Assembly: GCA_028534125.1 (NCBI GenBank)
Contig: CM052817.1
Location: forward strand, 30,940,001 to 31,004,000
Direction: 5' to 3'
DNA from: Lama glama
Taxonomy: Eukaryota
DNA: 64,000 nucleotides
Below the pieces are notes generated by a model. The model made no database searches, was not told the origin of the DNA, and saw only the letters and a program-made list of their open reading frames with translations. The number at the start of each line of letters is the position of its first letter. Within the stretch, counting starts at the first letter, position 1. This document shows, one piece after another, positions 1 through 12,870 of the stretch. A program made the translations under genes and the position numbers.

Positions 1-710
1 TTTTGGTTATACTGTTATTCAATGTTCACATTATTACAACTCTGTGAACATTACTCACAACTAGGCTATTTGGTATACCATGACTAAATTTACTTTCCTG
101 TACAATTTTGTCTTTTTCTAATTATTCAGTCATCCACACACTCTTTGTTTTGGGTGTACATCTCTTCTCAAACACACAGACGAGCTATCGAATTAATCTT
201 CCTTGGGATAACTCTCCAAGGATTCTGTGTCTTCTTGCTCCCACCTGAACTAGTTGCTCCCCAGGTCTGCCTGCACCACTATCCCCTTGGGGTCTCCTTT
301 CCCATCAGTCTAGGGACTTTTTGTCTACCTTTTGTGTGGGAACCTCTGTTTTCTGAAGTCCACATCATCTTCTTAATGTACATCCTGATGAAGCCTTCCC
401 CTGTAGCTTCTGAGAGTGGCTGACAGAAGACAAACTTTCTGAGACCTTGCATATCTATCAATGCCTTTATTCACTCCTGACAACTGATTGAATTTTTATG
501 TCTATAGACTCCTGTGTAAGAAATCAATTTCCTCTGTATTTTCTAAGGCAATATTTCAGTGTCTTCTAGCTTCTGATAATGCTACTGAGAAGGTCAGTGC
601 TATTCTGATTCTTGAATCTTTATATATGGGTAGTTTTTTTCTTTGCAGCATTTTAGGAATATTCTCTCTGCTTCCTAATAGTCTAAATTTCATCATGATG
701 AGCCTTTTGG
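1..710 (-). mobile_element. Ancient LINE-1 (L1M) fragments
   Basis: T-rich diverged sequence resembling antisense old L1 (e.g. gtgtcttctagcttctgataatgctactgagaaggtcagtgctattctgatt). Confidence 0.5.
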
Positions 711-759
711 ATCATGTTAAGTATCAGACGGAACTTTCAAACTGGAGACAGATACCTAA

Positions 760-1745
760 AATGGCATATAGTTGGAATCATAAGTGTCTTAGTCCTTTGG
801 GGTTACTTTAACAGAATACCATAGACTGGGTGGCTTACACACAACAGAAATGTACTGCTCACAGTTCTGGAGGCGGGCAGCCCGAGATCATTATGCCAGC
901 TTGGTGTCTAGTGAGGGCCTGCTTCCTGGTTCACAGGAGATGGTCTTCTCCCTGGCTCTCATGTGGTGGAAGGGGCAAGGCAGCTCTCTAGAGTCCCTTC
1001 TGTAAAGGCACACCTCCCAAAGGCTCGACCTCCTAATACCACCACATTGGGCGTTAGGATTTTAACATGTGAATTTGTGGGGCACACAAACATTAGGCCT
1101 GTAGCAATATAGCGTATAGCCTTTTCAGACTGGCTTCTTTCACTTAGACAAATTGACTTGATAACATTTCTTTTTAGCACTGAATAACATTCCATTTACG
1201 GATATATCACACTTTATGTGTTTCCCTACTGAAGGATATGTTGCTTTCTTCCACATTTTGGCAATTATGAATAAAGCTACCGTAAACATTCATGTGCAGG
1301 TTTTTGTGTGGATATAAGTTTTCAGCCCATTTTGGTAAATCTCAAGGAGCACAACTGCTGGGTATGTTAGAAGTATGCTTAGAAGTATGCTTAGTTTTGT
1401 AAGACAATGCCAAACTGTCTTCCGAAGTGGCTGTACCATTTCACACACACAGGAGCAATGAATCAGCGTTCCTTTGCTCCATATCCTTGCCAGCATTTGG
1501 AGTTGTCAGTGTTTGGGATTTTCACCATTTCAATACACATCTGTTTTAATTTGCAATTTCCTAATGACATATTATGTTGAGCATCTTTTCATATAGCGGT
1601 TTGCCATCTTTGTTTCTTCTTTGATGAAGTCTGCACAGATCTTTTGCCCATGTTTTCATTGGGTTATTTATTTTCTTAGAGTTGAGTTTTAAGAGTTCTT
1701 TATGTATTTTGGATACCAATCTTTTATCAGAAATGTGTTTTGCAC
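760..1745 (-). mobile_element. LINE-1 (L1MC/L1MB-like) 3' region, interrupted by an MLT1A-type LTR
   Basis: atggcatatagttggaatcata before the LTR continues as tatagccttttcagactggcttctttcacttag after it. Minus-strand ORF 1290..1496 resembles degraded L1 ORF2 C-terminal sequence. Confidence 0.8.
785..1106 (-). mobile_element. MLT1A-type (ERVL-MaLR) solo LTR
   Basis: tgtcttagtc...aacagaataccatagactgggtggctta...ctcacagttctggaggc...aacattaggcctgtagca; TG...CA ends. Confidence 0.85.
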
Positions 1746-2819
1746 CAGTTTATTTTTAAATTGTTTTCACAGTAATGCATTTACATCGTTAAAACATAAA
1801 TTAAATGTTAAACATTGGGAAGTCTCACCACCTCCTCTCCTTCCAAATTCACCCTTTTCCTTCATCATTTTTATTAGTTTCTGATTTATACTTCTCAGAT
1901 ATCTTTATGTAAATACAAGCAAATACAAATATATTTTTTCTTTTCCCATTTCATAACAAAAGCAGTATTTCACATGTATCATTCTGCATCTTGCTTTTTC
2001 ACTTGACGCTATATCTTGGGCATTTTTCCATATCCCATCATAGAGAGCATCCCATTTTTTATAGCTGCATCATGTTCCATTGTGGGGGTATAATACGGTT
2101 CAGAAATTCCCTGTTGCTGGACCTTTTTCACCCTGACTTTTACAGGTAACTGGTGCTCTCAATTGCTGAGATTTTTTGAGACTCCATAATGAAATTGTGT
2201 GCTCCTTTCCCCCATTGCCATCCCAGGTTCTAGTTTTCTTGTGTGGGCTAGGACACTTTCCATAGGTCCCTCTGCTTTTCAGTTTCCAGAAGCTCTTTTG
2301 CTCACCACTCAGTAGCATAGCAGTATCATCTTCAAACTGAAGGAATACTTCCTTGATTGTCTAGATGTCTGTGAATAAGTTCACTCTCATCTTTGATATT
2401 TCTACTGTACTTTTCCAGACTTTGATCGTATCTTGTCAGAATGAAGAGACTCAGTTTTCACAAATGAAAGTAATCTTGGAAATAATTAGGTGGGGGATAA
2501 GATGTTCCCTTTTTCAGAGACTAAAACAGAGAAATAATGTGGTGGAAAAACTTGCTACAATCACTCAGAAAGGCAATAAATTTCTTTCTATGGCTTTTGC
2601 CTCCCTATCTGTGGCTATAACTATTATAGTACAATTTCTGTCCCTGGATTTCAGCTTGGTAAACCTGATTATTGTTCTCCTAATTTGGAGACACTGTTAG
2701 CACCATTAGTGCAGATACAGCAAGGGCCCTGAGGGAGCAGTAATTCTTCTGCTGTACACTTCAATTGATATAGTCATTTGGTTCATCAACTGTGTGAGTC
2801 ACACAATGGACTTCCGGGA

Positions 2820-3005
2820 GGCTGCAGAGCTATGGTTGTTTGGGCCCTGCAATCAGATAGACCCCACAGCTATTCCACTTTCCAGTTATGTCACCGTCAG
2901 CAAGTTACTTAGCCCTTCTAAACCTATGTTTCCCCATCTATAAAATAATGAGCACCTCATAGATTTGTTAGATTAGTTGTGAAGACTAATTGCATATAAA
3001 GCAAC
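2820..3005 (+). mobile_element. MIR SINE
   Basis: Core gcaagttacttagcccttctaaacctatgtttccccatctataaaat. Confidence 0.7.
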
Positions 3006-3014
3006 TATATGAAG

Positions 3015-3845
3015 CCAAGCAATTCTCCAACACCAGCAGGGTGTCCTACAACTCAGTTCAGTTCTAACAGTATTTCCCTCAATATAGTGTCAGACCTCAT
3101 AGTTGAAGTGCTCAGTCCTACAAGGCTGTCTCCCCTCCCCAACCCCTCTTCATATACAAGTCAGAAATCGATTATAACCAGTGCTTCTGGCTGGCTGGCT
3201 ATAGATCAGAGGTTCCAATAATCCCCCCATCCTTGTGTTCAATTAATCTGCAAGAGTGACTTGTAAGACTCAGAGAAACATTTGTCTTACTAGATAACTG
3301 GTTTGTTATAAAAGGATGTAACTCAGGAATAGCCAGATGGAAGAGCTGCATAGAACAAGGTATGGGGAAAGGATACTGAGCTGCCATGCTCTGTCTCATG
3401 CACCACTCTCCTGAATCTCCATGTATTTACCAACCCAGAATCTCTCTGAACCCAGTCCTTTTGGGTTTCTATGGAGGCTTCGTTACACAGACACGAGTGA
3501 TTAAATCTTTGGCACTGGTGATTGATTCAACTTCCACCTCTCTTCTCCTTGGAGGTGGAAAGGTGGGACTGAAAGTTTCAACCCTCTAATCTCCTGGTTG
3601 ACTCCATTGGCAACCAGCCCCCTCCTCGAGTGCTTCCCTAAAGTCAGTTCATTAACAGAAACTCAGCTGTGGTGGAAAGGGGCTTGTTATGAATAACAAG
3701 ACACCCATTTCATCTTTATGGCTTCAGGAACTGAGGATAAAAGTCTAAAAGATGCTCCCACAGCTCTTATCACTCAGGAAATTCCAAGGGTTTGGGGAGC
3801 TGTTAGCCAGAAACCATGGACAAAGACAAAAAATATATATGAAAT
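3015..3845 (-). mobile_element. MER21-like ERV LTR
   Basis: aagcaattctccaacaccagcagggtgtcct...aaaggatgtaactcaggaatagccagatggaagag...tcactcaggaaattccaagggtttgggg match MER21-family motifs. Confidence 0.75.
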
Positions 3846-5149
3846 ACGTAAGATTCTATATTATTTATACATCGCAAAATGCCATTTGTCTTCCCAGCTG
3901 GTCTAAAACCTTCGTAAATAGAGATCCTGTCTGTGTTCCTCCTCTTTATAGCACAGATGCCAAGTACCTGGCTCATAGTAGAAATTGATAAATACTCATT
4001 GAATGACTCAGTAAAGGATTGAGCAAATAGATATGTCTTGTTCACATTCGTTGTCAGGATGCAAAAAAATTTTTTTTCAAGAAAACTGTGGAGTGCATGT
4101 ATTTAGGAAAAATCAGTTTACTGTTATAGGAAGATTCTATATTCCTCCAAATTTGGTCTTCAAACAGTCTTCCAAGGAGCCAAGTTTTAAGCAAATATTT
4201 CTTCACTGACCATGACATATCAGGTACTCCCTCAATCTTGTCTACTGTGCTCTCTCTCACTGAATTTACACTTAAGAAAAGGAAGAAACAGGAAAATGCT
4301 GTATTTAGTAGTTGGAAAGTATCGATCATAGGTAAGATGACCTTTGTGTCATGAGGGTGCTGGTTTGATCCGATAGAGGTGAATGGCTCATAAAATTAAT
4401 AAAAATGCCTTGGAAGATGTTGATCTAGTTTTATTTTTTTTAACTTGTTCTTTTATCCAGAAAGTTTCCATAATGTCACCCAGAAAAAAAAAGGGACCAT
4501 CAAAATAATTGACATTTGTTGTTGCTTTGGGGGTAAAATTTTGATAAAATTAAATTAAAAATATTGTTTCATCAGTCTTTTTAATGCCCCTGAAAGCTGA
4601 AAATCATTATAGCAGGTCTTGTTTTGCCCAGTCCCACACTACGTGACATGTATTATGCCTGATTCTTAAAAACATCCTTCGGGGCCAGCAATTTACTATT
4701 CCCGTTTTACAAAGAGAGAAATGGAGACCCAAGGTTAAAAAAATAAAAAAGTGCCAGTGATCACTGTCATGATAAGCAGAAAGGCAGAGTATAAACCCAG
4801 TTCTTTCTGATTCCAAAATTCATGTTTCTCAGTACCTTTCGCTCTGTAATGAGATGTGTTTCCCTAGCAATCATAATTAGATATCTTCACAAGCAATAAA
4901 ATAATGTTAGACCCCTCATGTCACACCTGTCATGCCAAACTCCCTAACCCAAGTCAACACATACAACAAGGGTAAGAAGTTTAGGAGTACGAGTTTGGGA
5001 GTTATTATAGGCAGCGGTGATTAGAGAAGGAAACAGAGAGAGGATTAGAAAAGAATTGTTTAAAAAAAAGAAGAGTTTCCGTGACCAGTGATCAGCTGAT
5101 TGTAATGTCCATTCATATAAGTGGTGAATATCGGTCAGTTTTTGAAAAC

Positions 5150-5680
5150 CCAGTATTCCCCTGTCTTATGTAGCTGCCAGCCCCGTGTATAAAGCAGAGC
5201 CTCTCACTGTCAAAACTGAAAATACCTGATATTCACTTTCCCAACATTCCTTGCATCCAGGCATGAGACAGACCTAGGTTCCACCATCCGTTCTCTCGTA
5301 CTCATTGCAAACATCAAATCAAAAGTTAGTGATGTAAAGCAGGAAGGAGCAGAGAAAATCCATCATGACAAGAGTAACCCCGTAATGGCAGCTGCTAGAG
5401 TGGTTCTGGTGGCCCCTCGGGTCTCCAGCCTCAGTGCTGTTGATGGTAGGATGGTTGAGGGTTAGGGGTCAGGTTAGGGTTAGAGTCCACAGCAGAAGCA
5501 GAGGGGGTCTCATAGGACCAGTTCTATGGCATCCATTTCGGCAATGGTTTCTGGCTTTATGACCTCAGAGCCTGGTTCACTGACACTCTCAGGGAATTTG
5601 TGAGCTCGCCTATATGTTTTAATAAATTCCCTTTTATTTGAACTTACTTCCTACCGCCTAAAACTAAGAATCCTGAATGA
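5150..5680 (+). mobile_element. LTR16/LTR33-like ERVL LTR
   Basis: cactttcccaacattccttgcatccagg...aataaattcccttt...aactaagaatcctgaatga. Confidence 0.55.
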
Positions 5681-5999
5681 AAATATATATGTTGATAATA
5701 ACAATAATAATAACTAGCATATCTTGAGGGCTTATGACTTCATTCTAGTAAATGCTTTAAAAATATTTTACTCCTTAGATTTTCACCACAACCCCAGTAG
5801 TTCCCATACTACAGATGAAGAAGGTAAGAGATTAAGTAGCTTGCTCAGAGATGTATTTTGCTAGAAAGTGGCAGAGCCAAGATTTGAACCCATCATTGTA
5901 AGTCCAAAACCTATTCACTCAGCTACTAAACTTGAATGTATAATTTAGGAGTCATTTGTACTCAATATTTTTTTAGAATATAAACACCTCTAAGTAGTT

Positions 6000-6373
6000 G
6001 TTTCAGGGTTTTCCAGAGAAACAAAAGTAATTGGATGTGTGAACAGGTATAGAAAGAGAGAAGAATTGGCTGTTGAAATTGTGAGAGCTAGCAAGTTTGA
6101 AATCTGCAGGAGAGGCAAGCAAAGACCCAGGGAAGGATTAATGCTGCAGCTCAAGTCCAGAGGTGGCCTGGAGGCAGAACTCTCTCTGTTGGTGTCTGCA
6201 CCCAGATTCCCTCGTATAAGGGCACCAGTCATATCGGATGAGGACCCACACTAGTGGCTCCATTTTAACTTAGTTACCTCTGTAAAGACCCCCTATCTCC
6301 AAATATAGTCACACTCTGAGGTCTTAGAACCACAACATATGAATTTTGGAGGAGACATAATTCAGGCCATAAC
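6000..6373 (-). mobile_element. MLT2-like LTR fragment (about 6000-6185) joined to an MLT1B/C-like LTR fragment (about 6185-6373)
   Basis: gggttttccagagaaaca...aagtttgaaatctgcagg is MLT2-like; ataagggcaccagtcatatcggat...tctccaaatatagtcacactctgaggt...ccataaca is MLT1-like. Confidence 0.7.
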
Positions 6374-8419
6374 AGGAGCAATTTCAATGCAACATTTTGG
6401 AAAGCACCCTAAATGTTAATGCAGTCTCAGAGATTTTCTGAGCTGGGGTGATAGATCTATAGTGTGTTTGGGGGCCCCCTCATGTTTTAAAAGACCAGTC
6501 CTGCCCATAGCCACCATCAAAATGGTAATCATAATATTATTGGTAACCAAAGTCTCCTATGTCTTAATTAAATAGCTTAGGGATGATGGTGCCCAGCTAC
6601 AAGGAAATTTGAGGCTGTGGTTTCCCACAAAGAAAGTATAAGAACTAGTTCCACTACACTCCCCCAGTACTTAAACCCATCGGGAGAATCAAATGAAATA
6701 AACTGCATTATAACACAAAATACTCTTCTCCTTCAAGGACTGATGGCTTTTGACTATAATCCCAGAGCTCTTGCAAAGGTTTCAGACCTCGAGAGGGTCA
6801 GACAGCACTGTGAGGTCTGAAGTATGCCTCTGAGCAATGAACATCACAATGGGAACATTTGTCATTTTTTTTTTCATCTGGAGATTTGTTATTCAGTGGT
6901 TTCAAGTGAAGGTGAGTGTTTAGAAAAGCCAAACATCAGTTATTTAATAGCAGCAAAATGCGTTCGTGGAACATTTTGTACTTTTCAGAGGACTTGCCCA
7001 TGCATTAGTTCATTTCATCCAAATGGTCCTTGATTGACCTAAACGTTAAATCAGCTCCCCGAGGTGCCTAGCGATCTTCGAGAGCACTTTATGAGCTGAA
7101 AACACATGACCCAAAGTGAAGAAATTGCTCCAAAAGCATCCTGTAAAATCAAGGCACCGTTATTATACACATTCATAAATAGTGAAGCTACTGAGCTAAA
7201 TCCTTAGGGAATGGTGGGGATTATCCCAAGATTTTTCAATCCCTCACTGTTTACTTTGTTATTAACACCATTTTCTGCAGGGCTAATCTCTTAAGTCCAA
7301 TTTTACCTTATTAAAATGTTTAGACAAAAACATGCCTCTATTCTCATTTTGTTTTTCTCTTAATAGCCAAACCTACATATCCCCTTTAAAGAAAAACTGA
7401 AGGTAATTTGTTGTCAAAAGACCCTACACTGAAAATACTTGTCCCAATTAGACAGGGCCCAAATATTTCTCCATTTGCAAAGCAGATGGTGACTTCTTTT
7501 TTAAATAAAATGGTGATCTGTGTTTCTGCCTGTGTGCATCAGACATGAAGTAAAAGCAAATTTCTATTTTGTTCCACTCTGGGAGCCTGTTACATTGACC
7601 AACATGAGTGGTGGGGAGGGAAGGAATCGCCTAATTTGTTCAAATATAATCACACGATGTACAACAAAGGCACTGGCTGTTTTGACTCTCTGCAGGAAAG
7701 CTTTACAAAAAAATGAACAGACACAGAGTAATCTTTAGAATCCTCTTGTTATTCTTCTGGTGGAGTCTGTAGCTAAGGAGACATCTGTGATGTGGGATAA
7801 GGAAGATCATTTTCTCTGAAACATGAAGAGTGGAGTAAAAAGATCACGTTTTGAATTCAAAACCTAAGAAGAATCTTATTCTTTGCCCATATGTTTTTTT
7901 AAATGATTGATTGCTGGAATACTGCAGTTCAGAGCTGTTTTTTTTTCTGTTTATTTGGTTTTAGAAAATAAAAATGGAACCTAATCTCCTAAAATATGTA
8001 AGGAAAGACCTAAATTTCTATCACAAGAGTGGAAGGCACTGGCTGTGTTGATCATATATTGTGTCTCTAAACTTGGTTCTAATTACGGTGTACAGCCATG
8101 TTCCTATTGAGGTGGGAGTGTGGATGAAACCTTGCTTCAAAGGTACTTTCTGCTATTGATTTGATTATACAGTTCTATGGAGCAAATCATACATGCCTCT
8201 ACAGTTAGTCCTATTTCAATATAAAATATCTATCATTACAATGAAGAGTCTAACGTATTTCCTTTGAATCTGAATTTGGATAATCAAAACTATTCATCAA
8301 ATACTATTTGTGTTAGCACATGCAAAGGAAAATGGAGCTTTGGGTCAAGAATCCATACAATTAAGACCCACAAGCCACTTTCACATGAAGCGCCTTGGCA
8401 ATTCAAGCTGTGCTGAGAG

Positions 8420-8675
8420 GAAATAATAAAATCACCAATTTTTACTGAGTGCTGTATTGCACCTGACACTATTTTAAATGCTTTGTACATGTTAATTCAT
8501 TCACTTCTCACAATAACCCTCTGAAAATAAGTATTACTATTTCTAGTTTATAAATGAAAAAATGAAATCATAGACATATTAAGTAATTTGACAAAAATCA
8601 AACAGCTAGTGAATACAGGAGCCAGAATTCAAACCTAGTTAATTGGGTTCCAGAACCCAAGCCTGGAACCACTAT
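8420..8675 (-). mobile_element. MIR SINE
   Basis: ttcacttctcacaataaccct...attaagtaatttgacaaaaatcaaacagctagtgaatacaggagccagaattcaaacc. Confidence 0.75.
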
Positions 8676-8799
8676 GTGCAGATATTGGAGGAACTAGTGG
8701 CAAGAAGTAAACATGGTACATTATATGGTTTATTGGGTAAGATTAAACCAAAGGAAAATAAAACGAGGAGGTCAAAGGAGCACCAGTGATTTTTTTTGG

Positions 8800-9980
8800 C
8801 GGGAAGCCTTAGTATCAGAAGAAATTTCTCCTGGAGACTTAATGAAAATATCTGTGGGTTGATAGGAACCTAGCCAAAGGGACAAGGTTAAAAAACATTC
8901 CAGAGATTCAGGCAGAAACAAAAGCATACTGAAAGGCCCTGTGGCAAGAAGAAACATGGGTATCTGAGGAGCTAAAGCTGAAGCCAGAATGGCTGGGGTC
9001 AGAGTGGGGAGCCAGAGGGAGAAGCAGTCAGAGAAGAAAGGCAGCGTCCCCCTCAGGGCTTTGTGGGCCACGTTAGTGGTCCCAGTCTGTGCCCCGAGAG
9101 AAGTGAGAAACCACTGAGAGAACTTAGGCAAAGGGGTGATGTGAACAGATGTGCACTTTGAGATCAGTCACCTGGCTGACCCTCTGAAACACAGTTTGAG
9201 AGTCCTCGGGGGGAAGCATCTTGACCAGATGAAAAAATATTGCAATAGCATTGGCCGAAAATGACAACGCAGAGATATCAGTGGAGTGGGAGAAAACTGA
9301 GTGATTCAAGAGATGCTCCAGTGTTGAATTTTTTTAATGATGACAAGTTAGATATTGGAGATAAGGAAGAAAATGTCAAAGATGGCCCTCAAATTTCTGA
9401 CTAGGGCAACTCTCGAGATGAGAGGTTTGGGTGAGGAGACCAGGAGGTCCTGTTGAAGATGCTGGACTTGAGGTGGTTTCAGGTATCTACTGAAGATGTC
9501 AAGTTCACAGTGAGAGGTCTAGGTTGTACGTATACATTTGGAGGTTATCAAGGCAAAGGGAATTGTAAAAACCACCACCCCTGCATACTTCATCCAGGGA
9601 CAAAATTTAAATAAGTGAGAAGAGAGGGCGGCCTAGGACCCAGCCTTGGGGCAAGATAAGTCAACAAAGAATTACAAGACAGAGCTTCCTAAGTAGGAGC
9701 AGGACCAGCAAAAAATGATGTCAGGGAAGCAAATGGACTAGAGTTTCAAGAAAGAAGGCAAAGATAACAGGGTCAAATGCTGCTGAGAGATCAAGTAAAG
9801 TGAGGGCTGAAAAACTGAATATAGCAAAATGAGAGTAAGAGTCATGGCTGTATTAGCACTTGGGGATGATGGAATCAGAAGTCAGGCCAGAGTAAGGTGG
9901 ATGTTAGTAAGTCAGTGCAGGAACTGGGGACAACTCTAGAAATTTTGCTGGGAAGCAAGGAGAGGGATTAGAATGGCAGC
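8800..9980 (-). mobile_element. LINE-2 fragment
   Basis: Purine-rich L2-type sequence (aaaggccctgtggcaagaag...gtcaaatgctgctgagagatcaagtaa). Confidence 0.7.
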
Positions 9981-11656
9981 AAGAGAGAGATAATGGGATA
10001 AAGGGAACGACCTCAGGCATCAAATTCAAACCTCTAATGATAGTATCTCAGAATCTGCCGGCACTACTGAACTATTGATCCAACACAGATTTGTAATATT
10101 TGAACCTTTTCAAAGGAATGAGTACTTTAAATTGATCAGAAATGTGTACAGGGTCCTAGGAGATTCTTTTTCTTTCATATAGAGATCCATTAACCTGGCC
10201 TCAATTTTAACTATGGAGAAGCCCTATCGAGCTAGATACTCAGAAGACAGAACAGGATGCATATAAAAGTTTAGATTCTTGTCCATCTGTTGCTTAGGAA
10301 GTAAAAAGAACCTTTCTCTGAAGAAATAGTTATTTAAAAGTCTTCAGGCATCAACCATTCTTTGTCAATTTTTATTAAATAATTTTAAAACACACACTGT
10401 ATACCAGCTCTTGTGTTTGATGTTGAGAATATAAAGGTGAAAAAAGACAGAATCCTTGATCTCAAGATGCTTATTTAACAACAGAAGAAGAACACATGTA
10501 AACAGATGTCACTAGTACATTGTAAAATGCTATAAAGAGATATGCACAAATGCTATGTAGATGGGGTATGTGAGCCACCAATTGAAAGAAGAAGATACGT
10601 GACTAAGCATTAGGGTGTGTGTGTGTACACCAAGGGGGATCATTCCATGGAAATGGAGACTCCTGAGTTGAGTTTTAAATAATATTAAAAGTTTGCATTT
10701 ATTGAAAAATTATAATGTGCCAGGTAAAGTGGTAAGCACTTTACATCTTAACCAATTTACTATTCCCATTTTAGAGATAAAGAAATGGAGGTGAAAAGAA
10801 TTTAAGTGACTTGTTCATAGAAGTACAAGCTAATGAGTGTGAGAGTTGGGATTCAAATCCAGTCTTCCTCCAGAGTCTAACTTCTATATCACCATGTCAT
10901 ATACCATATACCATGGTATATAATTAGAGATTAGCCAACCTGTGTGTGTGTTCGTAATGGGAAAGGGAAAGAAATCCAGGTCTGAAAATCAGTTCATCTT
11001 ACTCTTCTCTGTTTTCTAATTTCACTGTGTACACAGGATGCTGAAAGAGCTATCCAAGGGTTAGAAAGAAGATATGACTTTTCCTGGATCATTTTTAGGA
11101 CATAAGTAAGCAGAAAAAGGTTTATGATAGTATAATCTATGATTCTGGTCCCCAAGTTACCAATATAGAACAAAAATTGAATGAATACATTTTAAAGTTT
11201 GGTAAGGATGAACTGGAGGGTAATTTTCTATTTAGGTTAATAAGCCCATCTTGAGAAAAACAGCCCACAGAGAAGTAATGCTAGTCCTTTCCCGGTGATT
11301 CCTAGTTAGGCTCCCTCAGACCTCGCGGCAATCACGGCACTTAGGGCACCATAGGTGATTAAAACCATTGTAGGCTGGAAAGGATGAGTAAACAGAAGAT
11401 CATAAAAGAGAAACAGTGTTCACCTTGACAGGGGCAGGGAGACATTAGGATCAATCATGGCTACCTTCCCAAACACTGAATCAAGGCAGAAGGAAATTCT
11501 GGGAGCTAAGGACCTCAGTAACAGCTCTGAGTTCAAGAGAGGAAAGAAGCTAATCACTTTATCACCAGTGATACTCCGATCTAATCACTGGAGATAAAAA
11601 TAGTCTAAAATCACACAGTCCAAATTGCATGCATAATAGAATCTTCCCCCTTATGA

Positions 11657-12003
11657 CCTACAGTGGACTGGATATTCGTGTCCCCCCCAGATTCTTACAT
11701 TTAAATCTAATCCCCAATGTGATGGTATTTGGAGATGGGGCATTTAAGAGATGACTGGGTCATGAGGATCAATCCTTAATGAATGAGATTCATGTCCTTA
11801 TAAAAGAGACCCCAGAGAGCTCCTTTGCCCCTTCCACCACGTGAAGACACAACAAGAAGACGGCCGTCCATGAAGCAGGAAGCAGGCCTTCACAAGACAC
11901 CAAATCTGCTAACACCTCCAGAACTGTGAGGACTAAATTTCCGCTGTTTATAAGGCACTCAATCTACAATATTCTGTTATAGCAGCCCTGGATGACTAAG
12001 GCA
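11657..12003 (+). mobile_element. MLT1A-type solo LTR
   Basis: ctaatccccaatgtgatggtatttggagatgggg...ccttataaaagagaccccagagagctc...ttctgttatagcagcc...gactaaggca. Confidence 0.85.
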
Positions 12004-12239
12004 GGATAATAACCACCAGAGAAGGGACTAGAAGAGGCTAGTATTGCATGGATTTTTTTTTTTTTGAGAATTCTGGAGTGAGGATTTGGGGAAGATGATC
12101 ATTTAATGAACTGAGGGGTCATTAAGGGATAGTAGAAAAGCAGCTGATGGGCAGCTGGGAGGAAGAAATCCTTCAAACTGTTCAATTTATTATGTGGGTT
12201 TTCTTCTTGTTGCCAAGCTTCTTGCCTTCTTGCAATGAC

Positions 12240-12870
12240 AAAAGAAAATTGCAAAATAAAGGAAGAGGAAGAAGAAAAAGAAGAAAAGGCAGAAAGAGAA
12301 GAAGAGAAGAAAGAGGAGGAGGAGGGGAAAGAGGAGGAGAGAGAGAACCAAGAACATTACAGTAAAATGAAAAAAGGCAGAAAAGAAATGTAAGGGGCAA
12401 ATCAAAGCATAAAATTAAGTCTAAGAATAAAATTAAAAGATAATAAAATAAAGAAAAAATTTAGCCTAAAAAATATGAAATTCAATAAAGACAAAACCTA
12501 AAGACTAGAATAAAAGAAAAGAAAAACCAAAACCAGTGAGATTTGAAAAGTAAATCAAAATGTGAAAATAAGGATAAAAGATTAAAAATAAAACTGGCAT
12601 AAATGAAAAAACATAAAAGGACTAGAATCAGTGAGATAAAAAGCTGGAAACATGAAAGTCAGAGGGTTGAAAGATAAAAGCTAAAACAAGTAAATCCAAG
12701 TTAAAAGCAGTACTTCGAAGTTGAACATAAAATTCTTTTAAAGAGTGTTTAAAAGTTGTTTTCTTCTTAAAAATAGAAGAGAAAAAAAAGAATTAGAAAG
12801 GGAAGACAAGGGAAAAACAAGAATCTCAAAGAATTAAGCAAAACAAACAAAAATAGAAATGGGGGAAATT
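12240..12870 (+). repeat. A/G-rich low-complexity region including a ~90-nt polypurine tract (12258-12347)
   Basis: Directly visible GAA/GGA-rich run followed by about 500 nt of A-rich sequence. Confidence 0.85.

Noticed and set aside
1367..1394. Small tandem duplications and a palindrome (12-mer here; 10-mer at about 29321-29342; ~33-mer at 45531-45585; 16-bp palindrome 10906-10921)
   Set aside because: Ordinary slippage products at expected frequency.
12147..12405. Arg/Glu-rich and Leu/Phe-rich ORFs
   Set aside because: Translations of a polypurine low-complexity tract.
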